Below, one piece after another: positions 9,452 through 21,921 of a DNA stretch of 64,000 bases. The translations under genes were made by a program, and so were the position numbers. Position 1 is the first letter of the stretch, and each line of letters begins with the position of its first letter. The notes under the pieces were generated by a model. That model had not been told where the DNA came from and ran no database searches. It saw only the letters and a program-made list of their open reading frames with translations. The stretch is taken from positions 1-64,000 of the forward strand of contig NGBS01001177.1 of the NCBI GenBank assembly GCA_002245135.1, written 5' to 3'. This DNA comes from Proteromonas lacertae (Eukaryota).

Positions 9452-11116
9452 TTAATACTTTTGATAGAAATCAAATAACAAAATTATAGCTAATGGAATG
9501 GGAAGACAAAAGAATAACCATGTAAATGATATTTCATAACCAAATATTTTAATTGTGTTATTACTCTTTTGATTTGAAGGATCAGCAGGTTTATCACCTC
9601 CAAACTATTCAATATAATAAAAATCGATATATACTAATAATATTAAAGTAGCCCATATAATAACTAATACAATAAACACGCCCCAACATATACCAATAAT
9701 TGGAGGTGTATTGTTTATCCAATTAGTATATACATCAGGTATAGTAAACTTGATACAAACTAATAATTCAATTATCTATTAAATATAAATTAATATAAAT
9801 ATATATACCACACCCCATGTAGCTAACCACAAATGATGACCTAAAGACTTTACTTTTTTATTATTCATAAACTATAAAATATTACTTTTATTATATTAAA
9901 ATACTTCTACATATTCTCTAATTGCAGGAAATGCTAGAGCAGCCCACAATACTAATCTCAGCGTATTAAATATATGAGGAGGAGGAATCCATAATGCACT
10001 TTTCAATCCAAAACTACATAATTCATTCACTTCAAATATTACAACCAAGCTTACGGTTTGAGCCCATCGTTTAAAACTACCAAATATATCCCAACGATAA
10101 GTAGTCCATGTTAAAGGAGTAAAATTAATTAAAAATTTTACAAGTAAAGATTGAGTTTTTGGCTCTTTAGATTCATCAACAAATACGTATTTACTTTTTT
10201 GGGAGAATTTTTTCACTAACCACATTCCAGCAGCCATTCCTCCGTAGTTACACACTAAAATATCAATAATGAGATGATCCCACCAACATTCATTGAAATT
10301 AGGTAAACCTTCTTGAAATGTAACTTCCAATACTTCAAATAATAGACTCATTGCCCATAATAAACCCCAATCTCGAATTATTAATGCCTAATACATCAAA
10401 AGAGAATAAATAATAGAAGAAAAGTATAAAATATAATTTATATAAATAATTTTATACTTTTGCACACCAACCAAACAAATGTGCCAAAAAAAACTCATCC
10501 AACACACAATCTTTAATATTCTGAAACATAAATGGCTGTTCTGGTGTATATACTCTACAATCAGCAGCATATTGCCTTTCCTCTAAGGGCACACCCAATT
10601 TTGGATCAAAATATCGTAGAAATTGACGAGCTTGGTCTGGAGTCAGCATTAGTAAATAGGTCATTACTAATATATAAATTACTCCGATAGCTATTTATTT
10701 ATTAATAATTAATAATATACAATGACTTATTTTCCACACTACTGGATGTGGACGAGTTACTAGTCCATCTGGAGTCTATATAGATAGAAAATTGATGAAC
10801 TTCTTATTATTAATACTGTAACTACACCATATGCTATAAATGAAATAGCACATGCCAAAAATCCAATTTGTATCTTCTTAGTTTCATCGAATCCTTCAGG
10901 ATCGTAGAAAAATGCCAAGTAGATAACAATAAATACTGCAATAAGTAAACAAGTCACGGTATGTCTATCTTTCAATAAATGACTAACGTCTCCTACAACC
11001 CACTGTGCCATTGTAATTGACCTTTTAGACAGTGAGCTTGGGATGCAGTTTGATTTTTCTTCATTTATTTCATTGTTTTCTTCATCCAGATTCTTCGACT
11101 TTACTCTTCTTCTCAT
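9452..11116 (-). CDS. PTDSS: Phosphatidylserine synthase (base-exchange type), multi-exon
   Basis: RPHPVVWK, YAADCRVYTPE, DEFFLAHLFGW, LPNFNECWWDHLIIDILVCN, ELCSFGLKSALWIPPPH. Confidence 0.92.
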
Positions 11117-11203
11117 CCTAAAGAAAATTCAAAATTGGAGGTTTGAACAGATCGTGTTATTTGAAAATGAACTGAAAAAACAAAGATTACAGATAAGAAA
11201 CAG

Positions 11204-13164
11204 TTATTTTTTTCTTTTATTATTTATATTATTAACGAAACCTTTCTGATTAAGGATAGAAGATAGATCTAAATTCGCTTGGGCTGTAGGATATTGTTGT
11301 CTTTGGATATTTCTACTATTAATCATTGGTGGTTTAATAGGTGGTGGTGATCCTTTCAATTGAATCATACATTCATTAATTTTACTATTTATGAAGTCAT
11401 TCTTTGAAGGATCTCTAATAAGATCCCTACACTGTGTCAATTGATCAATCGCTTCTCTCCACTTCTTCTGAGGTATTAATACATCTTCAGCATAATGATA
11501 ATAGGCATTTACATTTCTCATATTATCATCAATCGCTTTAATAAACACATCTTCTGCTTCTTTATACTTAAACTGTCTTGCTAATATTCTTCCTCTCAAA
11601 CAAGATATAGCTATATCAGCTGATTTAGTTAATTCTTCACAATGTTCAGCTCTAGTCAATAATTCTTCAGCTCTTTCATTAGAACCTTCTCTAAATTCAA
11701 CTAATGCCCAATTAACAAAATGAATAGGATCAGTTGGTTCTAATTTACTTGCAGTCTTGAAACATATCTTTGCTGGCTTGTCATTGTGTTGTTGATATTC
11801 TAAAATACCTAACCTCGACCAAGCTTCAGGAGTCTACACAAAATTAATATAAAAATAATAAAAATACATACATTATATTGTTGATCAATTATATTTTGAT
11901 AATACTTTCTCGCTTTCTCAATTTGTCCATTCTTTTCAGCTGAAGATGCCATTTTCAACAACACTGGAACATTATTTGGATTATTTCTTAGTGATTTTGA
12001 ATATAATTCTTCACTTTTTTCTTTTTGATTTGTTTTTTCATACAATTCGGCTAAAGCAATAATAATATTTGCATCATCAGAATACTATATATATATATAT
12101 ATATATATACAAATAAATATACCTTCTTATATGCTTGTTGTAATATAGAAAGCGCAGTTCCATGTAAGGAATATTTTTGTAATGACTTACTATAATCAAC
12201 CCAATCTAATGGATCTTCAGAATATTTATATAAATAAGATTCCATTATTTTCCTAAATCTATCAATATTACCTAATACAAGTTCCATATCACTCCATTTC
12301 TATAAAATTAAAATAAAAACAATATATATATACAATCCAAGCATCTTTTTCATTTGGTAATATTGAAATACAATTCATATACAATTCTCTAGCTTTATCA
12401 TACTGTCTCAACTTTCTTTCCATTCCTGCCCATGTGGTAATAATATAAAGGGCTTTCTGTAGATTTGTATCACTTTCTATTGATAATAACACTGAGATTC
12501 CAGTAGCATATATTTTTCTTGCTTCATTATAATGTCCTAAATTATATTCGAAATTACTCCAGGCTTGATATGGTTGCGGCTTATATGGTGAAGAATTAGC
12601 TGCATATTTGAAATAGAGTCTTGCCATTGGGATATTATTTTCATGTTTAAACGTATTTGCCATTGAAATTAATTCTGAAGAATCGTGTGTGTTTATTAAT
12701 GGCTTCATTACCAGTGAATATTCTAATTCTTTTTCGTGTGATGTATCATTGTGTTTAAATGCTTGAAGTGCTTCTACATCTGATAATATTACGTTATGTG
12801 ATAAATCTACTTTATTCACATTATCAAATAATATTGTCTCTTTTTCTTTTGGTTCTGTTTCAGTTGTTTTTGATTCTTCTACTTTCTTATTTTCTATTTT
12901 CTTGTTGATTAAATTCACTTCATTCAACAATTTATCGATTCCTCCAAAATTGTCAAAATTTATTGATTGATCAATATTACCACTATTATTAATATCATCC
13001 ATATCAAAATTAGGCAATTGACTTTCTTCCAACAGTTCATCATCTTCAAAGAAGTTTCCAGAATGTGTTGAAAATTTAGAAATGACTACAGGACGTATAA
13101 TGGATTGATAGCACCTATAATATCGGTTTAATACTTGAAGATTCCTTAGTTTAAAGCAAAACAT
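11204..13164 (-). CDS. HAT/TPR-repeat protein with a putative mitochondrial presequence, multi-exon
   Basis: Repeats such as YQAWSNFEYNLGHYNEARKIY and WAGMERKLRQYDKARELY. N-terminus MFCFKLRNLQVLNRYYRCYQSIIRP is Arg-rich and lacks acidic residues. Confidence 0.75.
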
Positions 13165-13217
13165 TAAACATTTAGGTTTGACTAAGGCTTGATTCATTTT
13201 TTGACTGTTAGTTTAAA

Positions 13218-13660
13218 ATGTCAGCTTGTGCTGTTTGTGGAAATGGTTTAGATGGTGAAAAGGTAGAGTTATCCACTGGACAATGTTTGCATAATGTATT
13301 ATCAATTAATAGTTTATAATTCTCTAGGATTGTGCTAAATGCTTTGAATGTAAGATTGATTGTAAAGATGGAGTAGTTAGTGAATATCATGGTGATAATA
13401 TTTATATGTGCCAAAAACATTACGAATTGAGATTATGTCCAGTTTGTGATGCTTGCAAAAGTATAGTAAAGAAGAGAGAAGATGAAGTTACATTATTTGC
13501 CAGACATTTCCATAAGAATTGCGTAAGATGTGTTTCTTGCAACAGTTTAATTGCATCTGAAGATGATGCTGTGGTATATCTTAATGGATTCTTATGTACA
13601 AAATGCCCAGCACCAAAGTTAGCATGGGAAGCATGGCCAGCACCACCAGGTGGTCATTGA
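13218..13660 (+). CDS. Double LIM-domain protein (1 intron)
   Basis: CAVC...HNDCAKCFEC...CQKHY and CDAC...FHKNCVRCVSC...LCTKC. Confidence 0.85.
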
Positions 13661-13797
13661 TTAAATAATTATGATTGTTTTATTGTTAGATTATTGTGAA
13701 ATTAAAAAAAAAACATATATCTAAACTAAATATTGTTTATGTGGCAATAATAATAATAAATAAATATATATTTTCAACACTAAAAATATTGTAATTA

Positions 13798-16700
13798 CTA
13801 TCTCTGTCCTAATGAGCTAATCACTTGTCTTGCTTCAATTCTTATCTGATTAATAGCAGTAACAGCTTCAAAAGGAGCAGAATAAGGTCTATTTTTATCT
13901 CTTTGCTTCTTCTTTTTATAATCATTAAAAGAATTTGTCTTTTTCAATGGTCGATTATTCATATACAATATCTCTTCATTAAATCTTCTTTCATTCTCAG
14001 TATCTATAATATTATCACTAATATTATAATAATTATCTAATTTACTACTATCATTATCATTCATATTACTATTATGAACTCCTTTCAATGGATTTCCTCT
14101 GATCATCATTTCATCGGATGTTTTAATTGGACTTGATTTTTTCTTCTTATTTTCATAATCACGTTGTTGCTGTTGTTGTAATAATGATTTGGTTGATTTG
14201 GAGGATGCTATTGATAATGGAGTTGATTGTAATGAAGGTAAATGACTTGGAGTTGAATGATATGATTGTACATGTCGTTGATTAGAAGGAGGTGATTTAT
14301 ACATAGAAACATTATTACATGAAAGTGGTTGTGGTTGTTGTTGCGATGTTGGAGGAGGTGGAGGTTGTTGTTGTTGTTGTAATTGTCTTGGTGATATATT
14401 TGAATTAATTATATGGTTAGTAATTGGTGTAATATTATTGGATGATAATCGTGGTGATAAATGTTTGATTGGATTGAGTTTACGTGGTGAAATATCATTG
14501 GGTGATGGCGTTTTAGTTGAATTATTATCACTATTACTACTATTACTGTGTAAATTTATATAATCATTAGTTAGTTGAGTTTTCTTTATTACTTCAATTA
14601 GTGGACTTTTAATTGGAGATGGTCTTGTTGTTGTTGTTGTTGTTGTTGTTGATGTTAATGGAGATGAAGTTGATGTTTGTTGTTGTTGTTGTTGTTTTAG
14701 TAGTTGAACTGGATAAGAAGGAGATTGAATATTTGGTGATAAATAAATATCTAAATCTTCATCTTCATTACTAATATCAAGTTTTGATTCTTCATTTCTT
14801 CTATTACTTTGTTTTTGTAATCTTCTTTTTCTTCGTTCTTCTATTCTTTGCAGTTTTGCTATATCTTCATCTGTTTTGATTGTTGGTTGTGAGGTTTGAT
14901 TCTGTTTTGGTGGTTTGATTAAGAATTTATCTTCATATTGAGAAAGAGGTAAATCAATTTTTATTTCTTCACTTTTCTTCTTCTCTTCAACAATCACATC
15001 AACAGATTTATCATCTAATTTACTTTCATTCTCTATAATAGGTTTGATTACTGTTTGATATGATTTATGTTCATCAGAAATTGGTGATGATTTTGATTTA
15101 TTTGTATTTGTTGTTATAGCAACTGGTGATTTGAAATTCATTGGTCGAGGTGATATGTTGTGAGAAATTGTATCTTTCTGTTTTAATGGTGAATGTGGTG
15201 AAAGAATAATATCCTCAGATTTATATTCATATTTTGTTTCTTCTTCTACTTCCACATCAACTGAATTAACTTCATTTTCTATCTCTTTAGTTTCTTCTTT
15301 TATTACATTAACTTCTTTATCTACTTCTTTTGTTTCTTCCACTTTCATTTCATTCCTATGAGGAGATTGTTGTATTTCTTCTTTAATAGATTCTTCTATT
15401 ATCATCTGTTGTTGTTGTTGTATAGGTGATAATGGACTATCACTATCTATTACTGGTCTATTCACAATTGTACTGGAATTACTATTTGGATTACTACCAC
15501 TACTTTCATATTGTAATAATTGTTCACTTACATCTCTTTCTTTTTCTCTTTGTTTCTGTTTGAGTTGTTGATTTTGAGGTGGCGATTTTGAATTTGATTT
15601 TCTACGTGGTTTGATTATATTATCTGGATCAATAATAGATAATTCTAACAATAACAAAATAATTATATATATATATATACTTTTCACTACAGATATTCGA
15701 TTATTATACGTTGGATTTGGAGTAGATTCATTGGATGATTTTGGATCTTGTGATTTTAAAAACATGTCTTTACCAATTTCACTTGCATTTGATTCATCTA
15801 AAAATGAAGAAGTCAACGATTGGATTAATAATGTCTTTACCTAAACTACCCATATCAGCTGAAGAAGCATTTGGATTAAATGAATTACTTACATCAAATG
15901 ATGAATTTGGAGTTACTAGAAATGGAATGCATAATTTACAACAACTTTCTAATAAACCTTTTTCATCTGATGTTAATACAACTTCACCTGTATTTGTATT
16001 TGTATTTGTATTTGTATTTGCATTTGTATTAGGTTGTATTTCTACAGTTGGAATATCATTATTGGATGATGAGATAACTAATTCGTCATTGTTCATTATA
16101 CCAATTGACTGTAATATTTCATCATTTCCATATTCTTTAATGAATTCATATAAATAAGTGGTTATTAAAGGACAAGTCATTATTGTTAATATTGATACTC
16201 GTGTTTCTGGATCTTTATTTAACATTGTACTAATTAATGAATACATATCTTCACTGTATTTATTTGATGCTAATGGTGGTATTTGACCATTGATAATTTC
16301 TGTTGAAATTTGGAGAATACGATGCACCAGTAAATGGAGTCTATATATAATAATAATAATAATAAAACTAATATACATTCAATTCACATAATTCATATAA
16401 CAATATTCCTAATGACCAAACATCAGATTTCTAAACGTTTTAATATATGATAATTATACAGTACTGTATGGTTCTGACAATATTAATTCAGGTGCCATAT
16501 ACAATGGAGTTCCAATCACTGTAGCTGCATATTCAGTAGATGATCCTAACTTTCTCGTTACTCCAAAATCACCTAACTTAATGACTTTATGATTGACTGT
16601 TAGAAAGATATTACTTGGTTTTATATCACGATGAATTATCTAATTGATAATACAAATATATTATAAATATACTCTAAGTTCATGTAGATAACCAACAGCC

Positions 16701-17154
16701 AATAAGATTTGAATAAACCAAAACATGATTTGCTTTTCTGTAAAGAATTCATGTTTTTGTCTTGCATGATGTATCATTCTATATGTATATAATATAGAAA
16801 TAAAATATACACTGCTAAATCACCACTATTACAGTATTCCATAACAATATTCATCTCATCTCCAATAAGTAGATATTCATAAAACTTGACTATATTTGGA
16901 TGACTATAATGATTGACTTAAATAGATTTATACGATAAAGTAGACATAATATCAACTTCTCTTAAACATTGTTTCTCTTCTGGAGTCATATCACTCTCAC
17001 CATTACGAAAAGGATTAGTAACCGATTTAATTACAACAAATTCACCGGTATCTTTCACAGTATACTAAAATTGAATAAATAGTATTCATAATACGAGATT
17101 TGCAATACCACATGCTCCCCTTCCTATTTTTCTTTCAAGTTTGTATTTTTCCAT
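13798..17154 (-). CDS. NEK: NIMA-related (NEK) Ser/Thr kinase with long low-complexity tail, multi-exon
   Basis: [66 protein letters not shown]. Confidence 0.9.
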
Positions 17155-17204
17155 TTATATTTTATCTCTCCAACTTGAGATGTTGATAATTCTAAAAATT
17201 CTAT

Positions 17205-17214
17205 TCAAGCCAAG
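17205..17214. promoter_or_regulatory. TCAAGCCAAG promoter motif (recurrent host core-promoter element)
   Basis: Same 10-mer at 19340 and 51686 (reverse). CAAGCC/GGCTTG cores at 9206, 13186, 30348, 34076, 43546 and 54647, each within about 100 nt of a start codon. Confidence 0.6.
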
Positions 17215-17234
17215 TTTTTATTCAAGTTAAAAAT

Positions 17235-19235
17235 ATGATATTACCATATCTAATCATTTTTTTAGTATGTGGTGCTTATGCTCATCCTCCAACTGTCTTT
17301 TTTCATGCATATGTTGATAAATCGAAAGAATATAAAGAGTATACAGTTGTAATGGATCAACTTCATGAATTACAAAGGAAATTTGATGTAAATAAATACA
17401 CCATTATTGTAGTAAGTAACGATGAAACTGTAATTACTCACTCTAGGTACTTTGGATTTAATTACATTAGTCATGAAACAGGATCTTTCAATGAAATTGA
17501 CACACTTAAGTATATGCACAGATATTGTGGACTTTATAAGAATGAAAGTTTCCCTGTTTTATACATTCATAACAAAGGAGGAAAATATCCATCAATTACA
17601 AGTTACTTTACAAGAAATATGGCAATGGAAGCATTAGTCAAACATTCAGAAGTATGTTTAAGCATTATAAATGACAAAGAAAACACGGTATGTGGTGTAA
17701 GATTTTCACCAATTCCATATCCCCATTTTAATGGTAACATGTGGTGGACAACTTCGTCTTATATTAATACACTATTAGCACCTAGTGAAGTGAGTATAAA
17801 TTATACATCATTAACTGAAACGAGTAGTATGTACGGTTTAAATCGATATTTTGCTGAAAGATGGATTTTGAATTATTATCACTATAATGCTTATGATGTA
17901 ATGCCTGAAATAGGATATAGCGTTTTATATAATCCAATTTATTACTATCCATTAGATACAATTGAGTATAAAATATCAAAAAGTCCAACATTTACATTAC
18001 CAATATTGGCTGAACAATTATACAAATTTGTTGATCCATTCTATGCTTATAAATTAGATACAATTATTCAAACTAAGTTATATTATTCTTATAATGTTCA
18101 ATTGTATTTATCACAACCAGTTCAATGGTGTGTTAATTTATTAGAAAAAGAAGAAAATTTTAAAGCAATCAATATGTCAGAGTATAGTACAATAAGACAA
18201 ATCGATGTGGAAAGTTATTTTGATTATTGTAGAATAAGAGCTAATTTTAGTAATTTTCTACAAGCTAATTATGTTACTGTAAGTAAAGAACCTGTTTTTA
18301 ATCATATAAATAAAACAGATGTATCAATAATTGCATATATAACAGAAGTTCATAATGAGACTCAAGTAGATATTCAATTAAAGATGTTACTAGATTCTAT
18401 AAAAACATATAAAAAGAAAGTTAACATATATGTCAAATCAAGTGGTTCTATTCCAAAATCATTACTTGAAAAGATTAAAAAAATCAAAAAGATATCAGAT
18501 AATATTGAAGTATTATCAACAGCAGGTGAAAGTATCTACGAAACACTTTCATCTGTTAAATCATATTGTGATTTACCCAGTCAAAATAATACCAAATTGT
18601 TATTCTATCCAATAATGTCGTCAATCGAAGATGATGTATTTAATCATTCAATGAAATTAATAAAATCTACAGTTCTTAATTTCACATTATGTATGAAGTA
18701 TTTGAATAATTATGATATTTGTGGAATTCAATATAATTTAATACCATTTAGGCAATATTTGTGGAATATGGTATGGATGAGTTGTCAATATGTGAGAACG
18801 TTAAATCCACCAATGCTATATCTGATTAATTCAAGAATATTCCAACACACAGGATATTCAATTAATCAATATTCTTATTATAGATATTTCCTGTCAAATC
18901 CATATCATAGAGCAATATCATTAATTTCTTATCCTGTATTGCAGTTTGGTAGATACTTCCCTGATTTAAATTACACTATTTTTCCTCATGAATCTCCTTC
19001 ACTCATGGAAATACAAATTGATTCTTATATTTCAGCACAAAATGGATTTATCTCACCAAGTGTATATTCATTAGTTGAATCGTTGGTTGATTTATACACT
19101 TTAAATAATGAAACAAGATTAGTCCCATATTTGACTAATGAAATGAGAAATGTAACATTTGATGATCTTGCTAATAAAACAAGATATGTTGCAAGTACAG
19201 TTGATTATTACAGATTCATGAATATGGTTTTATGA
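17235..19235 (+). CDS. Intron-free secreted protein with two tandem glycosyltransferase-like domains
   Basis: Signal peptide. Domain 1: VLYIHNKG...VCGV...PHFNGNMWWTTSSYINTL...RYFAERWI. Degenerate domain 2: ICGI...QYLWNMVWMSCQYVRTL. Confidence 0.7.
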   Translation: MILPYLIIFLVCGAYAHPPTVFFHAYVDKSKEYKEYTVVMDQLHELQRKFDVNKYTIIVVSNDETVITHSRYFGFNYISHETGSFNEIDTLKYMHRYCGLYKNESFPVLYIHNKGGKYPSITSYFTRNMAMEALVKHSEVCLSIINDKENTVCGVRFSPIPYPHFNGNMWWTTSSYINTLLAPSEVSINYTSLTETSSMYGLNRYFAERWILNYYHYNAYDVMPEIGYSVLYNPIYYYPLDTIEYKISKSPTFTLPILAEQLYKFVDPFYAYKLDTIIQTKLYYSYNVQLYLSQPVQWCVNLLEKEENFKAINMSEYSTIRQIDVESYFDYCRIRANFSNFLQANYVTVSKEPVFNHINKTDVSIIAYITEVHNETQVDIQLKMLLDSIKTYKKKVNIYVKSSGSIPKSLLEKIKKIKKISDNIEVLSTAGESIYETLSSVKSYCDLPSQNNTKLLFYPIMSSIEDDVFNHSMKLIKSTVLNFTLCMKYLNNYDICGIQYNLIPFRQYLWNMVWMSCQYVRTLNPPMLYLINSRIFQHTGYSINQYSYYRYFLSNPYHRAISLISYPVLQFGRYFPDLNYTIFPHESPSLMEIQIDSYISAQNGFISPSVYSLVESLVDLYTLNNETRLVPYLTNEMRNVTFDDLANKTRYVASTVDYYRFMNMVL

Positions 19236-19393
19236 ACATGAAATTTAATAGTATCTAATCTATATTTGTTTGTATAAGGGTTAACAACATAAAAATATTC
19301 TTTTATCATCAAAATATTTTGTTTTGAATTTTTAAACAGTCAAGCCAAGTTTATTAGACGTTTCAAATATTTTTTGATTTTGTTTTTTAAAAT

Positions 19394-19848
19394 ATGGATG
19401 ATGTAAATATCACATTTGATGAGCAAGGTAAAATTCGTGTGTTAGAGCCTGAAATCTATCAAAAGACGCAAGACATGAGAGATTGCGCAGAGATTTTCAC
19501 AAAGAGTATTAAATTGTTGTTTGTTAATAATAATATTTATAGATATTGGTGATTTTTCAAAATGTGTAGAAGAGGGTTTGATTATTATGGATGCATACGC
19601 TAAGAAAATAGAGAAAGCTAAATTAAGAGCTATTAGTCAGAGAAATATGACACAAAATGAAACAGAAAGTTGTAGTCGTAGACAAGTTGAGCTTAATGCA
19701 CTTTTGAAAGAAAAACAAGAAGAATTAGAAAGGTATTATATTTTTTATATCTGATATTCATAGAGCTAATGCAGAATTTCAATCTCTTACGGCTATTGAA
19801 AATGAACAGCGTATTATAATAAACAAATTAACACGTGCTGATGTGTAA
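19394..19848 (+). CDS. IFT20: Intraflagellar transport protein 20 (2 introns)
   Basis: ITFDEQGKIRVLEPE...IEKAKLRAISQRN...EKQEELER...EFQSLTAIENEQ. Confidence 0.92.
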
Positions 19849-19914
19849 TCTGCATATTAATTTACTCTTTTTTTATTTTTTGTTGTATTTATAGAATATA
19901 TAAAAGAAACATAA

Positions 19915-21869
19915 TTATAAAGTATCTGATAATTGAAGATTAAGTTGTTGTAATCCTCTATCTACTAAAAATACATTTGAGACAAAATGCATAACATCCA
20001 AAAGATTCTTTTTATTTGAAAATGCTATATCTTCCGATTTTATTATAATATGAATAACATCTATTGGAATTGTCTGATAACTATATAAATGACAATAATA
20101 ATACATACTTATTGCTAAAGAAATCTTTATTATCATAAATTCTATGAAGTAATTGTAATACATATGATATAAAAACATTATCATTTGCTATTAATATTAA
20201 ATTATTATTATACTTCTATATGATGTTTCTAATTTAATTTCATTTTCTTTTTCTATCTTATTGAGTATTATTCCCCATTCAGTAACAAGACCATATAATG
20301 AATCAATCATTCTATTTAATTGATCGTCCGTAATATCACCACTTAATTCTGGAATGACTATTTCTTTTAGCGGATTATTTACTTTATTATTTGGACTAAA
20401 CATTTGTTTTGATGGTGATAGATTTCTTAATATTCTTGGTATATTTGAAGTTTCTCCTTCATTTCTTAAATCAATAACTTTCTCATTTTCTTCAACTCTT
20501 TTTCTTTTGTAATTTCTTATATTCTTTGGATTATTTGGACATATTTCTATATGTTCTTTTAACTCTTTCATATCCATTATATGATCATTATTAAATGGAC
20601 AAACATCATATTTAATAGAAGAATTAAATCTATCTGGACAACGCATTAAATGATTTTTTATATCTTTCTTCTGTATTGTATGACCTGTTAAATATGGACA
20701 TTCAATATATTTTTCATCACCTTCTACTACTCTTATTGCTTTCATTTCTAAACTTACTGCTTTCGTCTTTGAACAGATTAACTCACATCTTTCTTTTAAA
20801 TCTTTATTTGCCTTACTGAGCTGATTCTCTTCGTGTGCCATTCTTTGAATCTTCAAAGCTGCTTCTATCTTTTTACTTCTTTGAATATCAATTTCTCTCT
20901 GTTTCTCTTCAAATCTTTTCTTTCTTTCTTCTAAAATCTTCGCTGCATCATATTCACTACTTTCTGTAAGTCTATCCCAATATTCTTGACCATAGCTTCC
21001 AAGAATCTCTTCCCCTCTTTTGATATCTTGAAGAGCAATCACAGCTATAAAAGGAATTACTTTATCTTCCCAACCAGATGCAAAACATACATTCTGTTCA
21101 CGAGTTTTATTCTCATTGATTCTGCAATCATTTATACAAGCTCCTTCACATTCTAATAATTATATATATATATTTATTTATATATATAAATTTAGATAAA
21201 TATACTCAATTCATAACCATCTATATATAACTCTTTTTTTACTTTATCTACACTTTTCTCTACCATAAATAAATACTTTGGAATATTTTTATATTTCACT
21301 TCCATTAATCTCTTTTCATCATCTGTACATATTATGCCTGTATATAACCCTATTACACTGTCTTTTTGTATATCTTCTGCAGCAAATAACCCATATTCAG
21401 TTAAATTAGGAGAATAACTAAATTTAAAAAATAACATATAAAAATTATATAATGCAATATATACGCTGGATTGGAAGGATCTGTAATTGGATGAATACAT
21501 ACTGAGCGATTATATCTTGGAGTAAGTATAAAGTCAATAACTTGTTTTTTGCTATTTACCATAATACAAAATTCATAATACATTTTTCTAGAATTTACAT
21601 CCTCACATTCATCCGAGTATAACTCTACATTAGGACGATGATCACGTATTATAACATATAAGTCTTTGTATCCATCTAATACAAATTAATCACATATAAT
21701 TATACATTTTTTATCGATATTTCTCATTTTTATTCCACTTTTCACCAAAATTCTGTAAACTTCTTCTGAAACCTATAACTTAATATTACATTATAAAAAA
21801 TAATACCAATGTGTCATGGAATATTGGGAAATTTTTCTTTTCATCATCAGTCTGAACAATTGCAGCCAT
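19915..21869 (-). CDS. SET-domain protein fused to tandem CHHC (U11-48K/GTSF1-type) zinc fingers, multi-exon
   Basis: SET motifs YGLFAAEDIQKDSVIGLYTG, ACINDCR...QNV, ALQDIKRGEEILGSYGQEYW. CHHC x2: CPYLTGH...NHLMRCP and CPFNNDH...EHIEICP. Confidence 0.8.
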
Positions 21870-21921
21870 TTAACACTCTCAATTTGGTTTGATTCTTTCA
21901 AACATCAGAAATTTATTTTTG

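Noticed and set aside
15989..16028. (GTATTT)n tract as a telomere-like repeat
   Set aside because: In-frame Asn-Thr coding repeat within NEK.
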